This document shows positions 10,542 through 20,060 of a DNA stretch of 64,000 bases, in pieces (position 1 is the first letter of the stretch; the number at the start of each line of letters is the position of its first letter). Below the pieces are notes generated by a model. The model ran no database searches. It was not told the DNA's origin and saw only the letters and a list, made by a program, of their open reading frames with translations. The DNA lies in the NCBI GenBank assembly GCA_019745975.1, contig JAIESQ010000051.1, positions 255-64,254 on the forward strand. Reading direction: 5' to 3'. A program made the translations under genes and the position numbers. This stretch comes from Pirellulales bacterium (GTDB lineage Bacteria > Planctomycetota > Planctomycetia > Pirellulales > JAEUIK01).

Positions 10542-10680
10542 TGGGTACGACCGCCGCGCTTCAGCGAAACGCGCCCCCTCTCCACGCCGGCTACGGGTCT
10601 ACGACAACAGACTCTCATACAGTCTCCGTATCCCTCCGCGAATGTCACAGGGGGGTACCAGAATAAGATTGTCCGGGAAT

Positions 10681-10808
10681 TTGCGTCCTAATCGTCCTAA
10701 GCGGCTGTCAAAAGCAGTTAAGTCTTTTCGCGGCAACGAGTTATTTTAGGACGCAAAATCGAAAACCGTTGCGTCCTAGATCGTCCTAAGCGAGGTTTTG
10801 CGTCCTAG
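10681..10808. repeat. Cluster of six CGTCCTA heptamers (iteron-like array)
   Basis: The array consists of TTGCGTCCTAATCGTCCTAAGCG (10681-10703), an inverted copy TTAGGACGCAA (10746-10756), TTGCGTCCTAGATCGTCCTAAGCG (10769-10792) and TTGCGTCCTAG (10798-10808). Confidence 0.85.
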
Positions 10809-10814
10809 ACAGTC

Positions 10815-10906
10815 GTTAGCCGCGGGATTTATCCCGCGCGCTAGCTCGAACGACGTTCAATTTCGCGTCGAGGGCGCTAGCGCGCGGAGCAAGCTCCGCG
10901 GCTAAC
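10815..10906. repeat. 92-nt compound palindromic unit
   Basis: The outer arms GTTAGCCGCGG (10815-10825) and CCGCGGCTAAC (10896-10906) are perfect complements. Internal hairpins are CGCGGGA-TTTA-TCCCGCG, CGCGCTAGC...GCTAGCGCG and CGCGGAGC-AA-GCTCCGCG. Confidence 0.8.
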
Positions 10907-11073
10907 AAGTCAATGGGATGTTCGCGATCGACGCGCGCACGATGGACGCAGCTCGCCGCTCCGACTCTGACAAACGATTCACACGAATCGCGAAGTCCCT
11001 GGAGGAGATGCGTACCTGGTTGGTGTTGTTGGGCGCGCACGCCGGCGCGCCAGGTTTCTCCTGTTGTGGATAG

Positions 11074-11101
11074 TTTTCAGTGTTCAGTTTTCAGTGTTCA
11101 G
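11074..11101. repeat. Two perfect tandem copies of the 14-mer TTTTCAGTGTTCAG
   Basis: TTTTCAGTGTTCAG appears twice and is followed by GGGGACGATCGC. This parallels the block at 10520-10541, about 550 bp away in the same orientation. Confidence 0.9.
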
Positions 11102-11286
11102 GGGGACGATCGCAGGCATGCCCACGACAAGCGTGTGCACCCGCGCGAATTCCTTCTCAGGTCTCGTACCTATTACTGTACATATTTGTGACCATTTGTC
11201 AAGGTGGCTAAAAATGGCCGCGCGCGAGGGTGCAAGTTGGTCGGGCGTCGGTTGTTGGGACAGCGCGCTAGCCGGTGCCGCGCCGA

Positions 11287-11360
11287 GGGGGACGGGAGTC
11301 GTTTCCGATCGGCGTCGCCACCTCGCGTTTAGTCTTTGCCCGGAAACGACTCCCGTCCCC
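11287..11360. repeat. Perfect 20-bp inverted repeat with a 34-nt spacer
   Basis: GGGGACGGGAGTCGTTTCCG (11287-11306) and CGGAAACGACTCCCGTCCCC (11341-11360) are exact reverse complements. Confidence 0.9.
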
Positions 11361-11629
11361 TGGGTTCAGCATCCCACGTCGTGTCGTCGTGTCGTTGTGG
11401 TGACGTCGTCGCACGCGGGGATGGCACTGCTGGACAAGCCGGGCACGCCAGCAGTGGCACCCGACAAGAACAGGCCAAAGACGAGAGGCCAGAGGTGAGA
11501 GGTAGAAATCCCTCGCTGCGCTTCGGGCTGGTGCTTTGCGCTGCGGCGCGGCTTGAGAGTTCGCTCGCGACACGGTTCCGTGGGTTGCACCCACGGCTTT
11601 GCGCATTGCGCCGCATGCGCGGCTAAGAC

Positions 11630-11742
11630 GGGACAGTCCCCGGCGTGATGTCGCGCGAGGGGCGGAGGGGGACAGTCCCCTGTATTCGGGCGACGCCGGT
11701 TAGCTATCGCGAAGTCGAGCACCGAATAAGGGGACAGTCCCC
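11630..11742. repeat. Three copies of the palindromic 12-13-mer (G)GGGACAGTCCCC
   Basis: The copies lie at 11630-11641, 11667-11680 and 11730-11742. Each is GGGAC-A-GTCCC with flanking G/C. Confidence 0.9.
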
Positions 11743-11925
11743 AGGCACGTCGCACGCCGAAAAATGTACCAGTCCGCACTGCTTGTTCGTCGGCGGATCG
11801 CATGTGCCGAGGCAACGCACGAACGGCCGACTACCAAGCAGTGGCACACCCGGATGACACCGAAAACGGGAAAGCCCCCAACACGATGTCGCCGTGGCGC
11901 GGCAAGTGGTCGCTCGCCAGATGCG

Positions 11926-12573
11926 CTACGCGCTCTCCCCGCGAAAGTGCGGATCGAGCAGCGTGCGCAGCGCCTGGCGGGCGCGGTGCAGCCGCGTCTT
12001 CACCGCGCCGGCTTCGATTCCCAGATGGTCGGCCACGGTCTGGGTGTCGAGCGCTTCGATATCACGCAACACCAGCACCACGCGGTAGCTGTCGGGGAGC
12101 TGCGCGATGCAGCGGCGGACCAGCTCGCGCGTCTCGGCCTGGACGAGCGCCTCGGTTGGCAACGCACGCCAGGCGGGGCCCGGATGGTGCCGATGCCCGT
12201 CGGCCAGGTACGTGGGAAGCAATGGATCGATGGGCTGCTCGGGTTGACGGCGTTTGGAGCGCAGCTTCATCAGAGCGGCATTCACAGTAATCCGATGCAG
12301 CCAGGTCGCCAGCCGGGAGTTGGCATCAAAGGACGCCAGCCCGCGGAAGGCGGAGAGAAAGGCGTCCTGCACGGCGTCTTGTGCATCCTGTTCCTGGTTC
12401 AGCAAGCGGCGGGCGACGGCCAGCAGCCGTGGGGTGTGTTGCCGGACCAACTCGGCGAAGGCGGCCTCGTCGCCAGCCCTCAGGCCGACGAGCAAGTCGG
12501 CCTCGGACTGGGGAACCTGACGCGGTCGAACATCCATGTCCAGGAATCTAAGACCGGCATCGGCCGCGAGCAA
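11926..12573 (-). CDS. ECF-type RNA polymerase sigma factor
   Basis: Region 2 reads DAQDAVQDAFLSAFRGLASFDANSRLATWLHRITVNAALMKLR. Region 4 reads SYRVVLVLRDIEALDTQTVADHLGIEAGAVKTRLHRARQALR. The start is uncertain (12573 or the Met at 12537). Confidence 0.85.
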   Translation of the reverse strand: MLAADAGLRFLDMDVRPRQVPQSEADLLVGLRAGDEAAFAELVRQHTPRLLAVARRLLNQEQDAQDAVQDAFLSAFRGLASFDANSRLATWLHRITVNAALMKLRSKRRQPEQPIDPLLPTYLADGHRHHPGPAWRALPTEALVQAETRELVRRCIAQLPDSYRVVLVLRDIEALDTQTVADHLGIEAGAVKTRLHRARQALRTLLDPHFRGESA

Positions 12574-12610
12574 CGTGCGCGAGCACCGCGGGGCGCAGCG
12601 AGATTACTAG

Positions 12611-12739
12611 AAGCACTTTCAAAGCCAGCATTGAACCGACGTTGGGTGCCACTGCAAGAAGCGTCTAGCAGTGCCGTGTCGAGCAACTCACTGCTGGGCA
12701 AGCCAGCAGTGGCACCGAAATCAGGTTTTGAAACTGCTT
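12611..12739. repeat. 129-bp MITE-like palindromic element, copy A
   Basis: The termini are AAGCACTTTCAAAGCC...GGTTTTGAAACTGCTT, with internal GGTGCCACTGC/GCAGTGGCACC arms. Its reverse complement aligns over the full length with copy B, with about 13 mismatches counted by eye. Confidence 0.85.
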
Positions 12740-12786
12740 GATACAAGAGCAGCGATTTGCTGTTCGCGAATGGAAATCAGACAGAC

Positions 12787-13899
12787 TCAGTTCGCTTCGG
12801 CCAGCAGCTCCTGAATCTTCTTGCGCATCGACTCTTCGCCGCGCGCTTCCTGCCAGTTGAGCTCACCGTACCACCAGGCGCGGACGCGTCCTTGTTTGTC
12901 GATCAGGTAGACGCTGGGCCAGACGTTGTTGCCCCAGTTCTTCCAATTGGCTAGCTCGAGATCAAAAGCCACGGGGTACTTGATTTGGCGCTCGGCGACG
13001 CTGGCGCGCAGATTGTCGAGGCTGCGTTCGCGCTCGGTCTCCGGCGTGTGGATGCCGACGATCGTCACTTGCGACGACGGGAAACTCTCGAACCAGCTTT
13101 GATAGTGGGGCAGATTGCGGACGCAGTTGATGCAGCCGAACGCCCAAAAATGCACAACGACGACACGCCCGCGCAGCTCGGCCAAGGACAATGGCGGGGA
13201 ATTGACCCAGGAGGCGACCCCGGCGAACTCCGGCGCCACGCAGCCGACGCGCACCACGCGACGCAAGTCGAAGGGCTGGCCTGCCAGGGCGGCGAGTTGT
13301 GTTTGTTGCGCTGGCGAGAGGAGCGCCGTGATCCGCCGGACAAGTTCTTGTTCGGTGGGCTGGTCATCCGACTTTTCGGAGGGCTTGTCGACCAGGGCGC
13401 GCTTGAGCTGGGCGAGCGTTGCCGCAGAGAGATGCAGGCGCTCGGCGAAGTCGGGCGCGAGCAGCGCCTTGTAGCCGCGCGCTTGCAGGATGATCTCGTC
13501 GAGGCGCTTGAGTTGCGCCGCGGACAAGATCCGCGCCAGCTCGTCCTGTAGCGTGGCGTGCAGTCGGCCCAGCTCATCGGCGCACTTGGTCACCGGGACA
13601 TCGCGCAGCCGCCAAAGCGAGTGGTCGACTTGGGCGATGGCGGCCGTGAGCTCGTCGAGCTGATCCCGGCGGAGCTTCAACTCGGACTGCACGGCGGAGT
13701 CGCGCGCTAGCATGAGCGTGACGTAGACCGGCGCCGGGATTTCGGGAGTCGGATCGGCGGTTTCCGCAGTCGTGGCTTCGTCAGTCGACGGGGGCTCGCC
13801 GGCTGCCGTTTTCGAGTGGCCCGTCGACAGGACGGCGATTGCCAGCAAGAAGCCGAGGGTACAGCGAACCACAGCAGGGTTCGTCGCCAACGTTGTCAT
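12787..13899 (-). CDS. Secreted thioredoxin-fold (TlpA/redoxin-like) protein with an N-terminal helical domain
   Basis: The signal-like N-terminus is MTTLATNPAVVRCTLGFLLAIAVLSTG. The C-terminal redoxin domain reads VVVVHFWAFGCINCVRNLPHYQSW...VTIVGIHTPE...WPSVYLIDKQGRVR and has a CxxC motif (CINC). Confidence 0.8.
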   Translation of the reverse strand: MTTLATNPAVVRCTLGFLLAIAVLSTGHSKTAAGEPPSTDEATTAETADPTPEIPAPVYVTLMLARDSAVQSELKLRRDQLDELTAAIAQVDHSLWRLRDVPVTKCADELGRLHATLQDELARILSAAQLKRLDEIILQARGYKALLAPDFAERLHLSAATLAQLKRALVDKPSEKSDDQPTEQELVRRITALLSPAQQTQLAALAGQPFDLRRVVRVGCVAPEFAGVASWVNSPPLSLAELRGRVVVVHFWAFGCINCVRNLPHYQSWFESFPSSQVTIVGIHTPETERERSLDNLRASVAERQIKYPVAFDLELANWKNWGNNVWPSVYLIDKQGRVRAWWYGELNWQEARGEESMRKKIQELLAEAN

Positions 13900-13924
13900 A
13901 GGTGTTCCTTGGTAGCAGATCTAG

Positions 13925-14053
13925 AAGCAGTTTCCAAACCTGGCTTGGGTGCCACTGTTGGCTTGCCCAGCAGTGAATTGTTCGACACGGCACTGCTAGA
14001 CGCTTCTTGCAGTGGCACCCGAAGTCGGTTCAATGTTGGTTTTGAAACTGCTT
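13925..14053. repeat. 129-bp MITE-like palindromic element, copy B (inverted relative to copy A)
   Basis: AAGCAGTTTCCAAACC...GGTTTTGAAACTGCTT. It has the same length as copy A and roughly 90 percent identity to its reverse complement by eye. Both copies generate look-alike spurious ORFs (AVSKP.(F/L)GAT.GLPSSEL.DTALLDASCSGT). Confidence 0.85.
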
Positions 14054-14371
14054 TTAGCGAATCATGTCGTGTGGCGGAGCCTCACGATCAAGCCATCGCA
14101 GGGCCTCATTCCTATTCCTCGCTGCGCAGAGAATGACTCCCGGCCGACCAGTGGAAGGCCGGCGTCCCTATTGAACGCGTTCCAGTAGGTTCATTTGACT
14201 GCGCAGCTATCAATAAATTCTTGGATGCGCAACCGCGTTTGGCGGTTACAGCGCGGCGAGAAAAAAACTGCCTGAAGCGAGAACCGTGTAACCTCCGTGG
14301 CGAGGCGGGCATCAAAATGCTGCGAAGCGTTAGGCGCGGACCGATCTACGCGGAAAGCACGTGGCGTGGTA

Positions 14372-14620
14372 ATGAATTGTAAGGAAGCGATCGACTTCTT
14401 GGGGGATTATCTCGACGGCGCGCTGCCGTGGCGCGCGTGGCTGGTGTTTCACTGGCACCTGGCGTTTTGTCGAGACTGCCGCCGGTACCTGGCCTCGTAT
14501 GCGACAACCGTGCGCCAAGCACAGGCCCTGCGGAGCGAGCAGGCTGGGGAAGCACAGCCGGTGCCAGCGGAGCTGTTGCGCGCGATTCTGGCCGCCCGGC
14601 GCGGCAGGCAAGACCATTGA
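14372..14620 (+). CDS. Zinc-binding anti-sigma factor (zf-HC2 / ZAS type), short soluble form
   Basis: MNCKEAIDFLGDYLDGALP...HWHLAFCRDCRRYL contains the H-x3-C-x2-C motif typical of ZAS anti-sigma factors. The start was chosen at the internal Met. Confidence 0.7.
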   Translation: MNCKEAIDFLGDYLDGALPWRAWLVFHWHLAFCRDCRRYLASYATTVRQAQALRSEQAGEAQPVPAELLRAILAARRGRQDH

Positions 14621-14878
14621 CCGGCGTGAGATAGCAGCGAACGAACTGGCCGATTGCCAGCGCCGCCGCCGGGGCGCGCGCGGCCGCGCGCGCTGCCAGC
14701 GAGTGAGTAATGGCACGAGTGCCCTGGCATGCCTAAAACCGGCCGACCAGGGATGCGCGCTCAGCGCGACCTCGCATATACTGCCGCAGACAACCACGCT
14801 CGCAGTACTTCCAGCCGGGCAGAGAAGTGCCGGACGTCTTCCTACTGGCGAGGAGTGAGTTGACGCGGAGACGACGCC

Positions 14879-16438
14879 TTGCCAATCGCAGGTCCAACGC
14901 TCGAGCGCCCGGTCACGCTCACGAATCTGTTGGCGGTCGGTCTGGCTGCCAGGCCGGATGCTACCGCGCTCGTCTCGCTCGAACGCACCTGGACCTGGCG
15001 GCAACTCGACAAGGCTTCGACGCGGCTGGCCCGACACTACCTGGCACTGGGGCTGGTGCCCGGCGACCGCGTGGCGTCGCTGTTGCCCAATCGCGGCGCG
15101 TTGCTTGTGCACTACTTGGGTTGTTTCAAGGCCGGCCTGGCCGCCACGCCGCTCAACTATCGCTATCAAGCGCCCGAGATCGATCATGCCTTGGAGGTGA
15201 GCGGCGCCGCGATCCTTGTCTCGCACGCGGAGCGCGACGACCAGCTTAACGACAGCGTCCAAGCGCCGCGCCTCCGTTTGGGACGCATTCGCTACGGCGC
15301 CTCGGGCAGCCCGGGCCTCCATCTCGAAGAACTGTTGACGACCGAGGCGCCGGACGCCGAGCTTCCGCCACCACGACCTGATGCGCCGGCGTTCATCTTT
15401 TTTACTTCAGGCAGCACCGGAAAACCCAAAGGCGTGACGCACTCGCACGACAGCTTCTGCTGGATCGTGGCCAGCGCCGTCGCCGGGCTTGAGCTCACGC
15501 CCGCCGACGTGTTTCTGCCGGCGACCTCGGCCTCGCACATCGCGGCCACGTCGTTGTCGTTCGCGGGCCTGGCCGCCGGGGCGACGGTCGCCATCGCCCG
15601 CTCATTCGGTGGCGACGAGCTCCTGCCGCTATTGCGCGGCGTGCGGCCGACGCTGTTGTGCATGCTGCCTGCTCCGCTGTTCAACCTGGTGCGCGATCAC
15701 GGCGCGACGCGCGACGATTTTGGCACGCTGCGCCGCTGCGTCTCCGGCGGCGACAAGATTCCCGCCGAGCTCGAGCGCGAGTTCAGCGAGCTGGCGGGCT
15801 TCGCCATCGAAGAGCTCTACGGCATGACCGAAACTGGCACTTCGACGATCAATCCCCCCGGCGCCGGCAATCGCCTCGGCTCGATTGGCCGCTTGGCGCC
15901 TGGATACACGGCCTCGATCCGCGACGACGATGGGAACGAAGTTTCCGCCGGCACGCCTGGCCGGCTCTGGGTTCAGTCGCGCGCCAACATGATTGGCTAC
16001 TGGAACCGCCCCGACGCCACGGCCGAAACGATCGTCGACGGCTGGCTCGACACGGGCGACCTGGTGGCGGCGGACGAGCAGCAGTATCTCTGGTTCCGCG
16101 GCCGCAAGAAGCAGATCATCGTCCACGACGGCTCCAATATCTGTCCGCAAGAGGTGGAAGAATCGCTTCTGGAACACCCGGCCGTCGCCAGCGCCGGCGT
16201 GGTGGGCATCCACGATCTGATCCATGGCGAGGACGTGCGCGCGTACGTGACGTTTCGGCCTGGGGTCAAACGGCCAGCGACGCCCGCGCTCATCGCCTTC
16301 TCGCGCGCCCGCGTCGGCTACAAGGCCCCCGACGAAATCGTCGTGCTCCGCGAGATGCCACTGAACGCGGTGGGCAAGGTCGACCGCGTGGCCTTGAAGC
16401 AACTGGCCGACGCGGGGGTGAATCGCCACCTGGCCTGA
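14879..16438 (+). CDS. AMP-dependent synthetase/ligase (acyl-CoA synthetase family)
   Basis: The AMP-binding motif is IFFTSGSTGKPKGV. Also present are ELYGMTETG, WLDTGDL and GRKKQIIV, with a C-terminal GKVDR. The start (TTG at 14879) is uncertain. Confidence 0.85.
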   Translation: MPIAGPTLERPVTLTNLLAVGLAARPDATALVSLERTWTWRQLDKASTRLARHYLALGLVPGDRVASLLPNRGALLVHYLGCFKAGLAATPLNYRYQAPEIDHALEVSGAAILVSHAERDDQLNDSVQAPRLRLGRIRYGASGSPGLHLEELLTTEAPDAELPPPRPDAPAFIFFTSGSTGKPKGVTHSHDSFCWIVASAVAGLELTPADVFLPATSASHIAATSLSFAGLAAGATVAIARSFGGDELLPLLRGVRPTLLCMLPAPLFNLVRDHGATRDDFGTLRRCVSGGDKIPAELEREFSELAGFAIEELYGMTETGTSTINPPGAGNRLGSIGRLAPGYTASIRDDDGNEVSAGTPGRLWVQSRANMIGYWNRPDATAETIVDGWLDTGDLVAADEQQYLWFRGRKKQIIVHDGSNICPQEVEESLLEHPAVASAGVVGIHDLIHGEDVRAYVTFRPGVKRPATPALIAFSRARVGYKAPDEIVVLREMPLNAVGKVDRVALKQLADAGVNRHLA

Positions 16439-16740
16439 CTGCAGGCACCGACTGGTTGCCGTGGCTCCGCGCGCCCCGCCATCGCGCAAGCACGCGCCAG
16501 CGTCAGGAATTCGCTTGGCACCAATGAAAGTCCGACTATCCTTGAAGTAGGGCCAGGGTCCAGGGGGACGTTTCTCTAACTGACAGGAATTTTGCGCGTC
16601 GTGCCGCAAGGCATTCGAGAATCTTGGCGCCCTGCGCCGCTGACTGCTCGCTTCGACGCGCGTTCTCGTCTGTCTCCCGTTGCCTGAGCCTGTTCTCGTC
16701 GGGCGGCCGATCGGCCAGCCGCGACTCATCCATTGATTGA

Positions 16741-19650
<2,910 letters not shown>

Positions 19651-19730
19651 CGGCGACGCACCGGCCGATACTTCCGGCTGCGAGTGCCGCTAGAATGTGC
19701 GTGGCGAGCTGATCTAGCGGGAGAAATGCC

Positions 19731-20051
19731 GTGGAGACAACCTACGCTCACACTGACTTGACTCGCGCGGAAGTCGACCGTTGGCCAGGGGCGGCCGTGC
19801 TCGAGTTTGGCGCCAATTGGTGCGGCCATTGCCAGGCGGCGCAGCCGCCGCTCAAGGAGGCCTTCAGCAGTTTTGCGGGCGTGCGGCACGCAAAGGTTGA
19901 GGATGGGCCCGGACGGCACCTGGGCCGATCGTATCGCGTCAAGCTTTGGCCGACGCTGATTTTTCTGAAAGATGGCGTCGAAGTCGCCCGCGAGGTACGG
20001 CCCGCGAGCGCCGAGCCGATTCGCGCGGGTTTGCAACGGATCGTGAGTTGA
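19731..20051 (+). CDS. Thioredoxin-family protein
   Basis: It contains the WCGHC active site (EFGANWCGHCQAAQP) and the cis-Pro region LWPTLIFLKDG. The start is a GTG. Confidence 0.75.
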   Translation: METTYAHTDLTRAEVDRWPGAAVLEFGANWCGHCQAAQPPLKEAFSSFAGVRHAKVEDGPGRHLGRSYRVKLWPTLIFLKDGVEVAREVRPASAEPIRAGLQRIVS

Positions 20052-20060
20052 CGAGAACCG

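Noticed and set aside
11065-11073. TGTGGATAG is a one-mismatch DnaA box, which raised the possibility of oriC in the repeat-rich spacer.
   Set aside because: It is a single isolated box. There is no cluster, no AT-rich unwinding element, and no dnaA/dnaN nearby.
10520-11101. A possible CRISPR array, suggested by the TTTTCAGTGTTCAG repeats.
   Set aside because: The units are only 14 nt and directly abutting, with no spacers. They occur in two small blocks only, and no cas genes are in the window.
11657-11680. GAGGGGCGGAGGGGGACAGTCCCC resembles the RNase P RNA segment GGGCGGAGGGGAGGAAAGUCCGGGC.
   Set aside because: The universally conserved GGAAAGUCCGG core is not actually present, and no other RNase P conserved regions are found nearby. 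The motif is one of three GGGGACAGTCCCC palindromes.
12700-12715. TGGCAC in the MITE-like elements (and at 11455 and 14023) was considered as a sigma-54 -24 element.
   Set aside because: None of the copies has the required TTGC(A/T) -12 element five nucleotides downstream.
11764-12741. A 325-aa ORF on the plus strand.
   Set aside because: It is antisense to the ECF sigma gene and extends into repeat copy A. It has no motifs.
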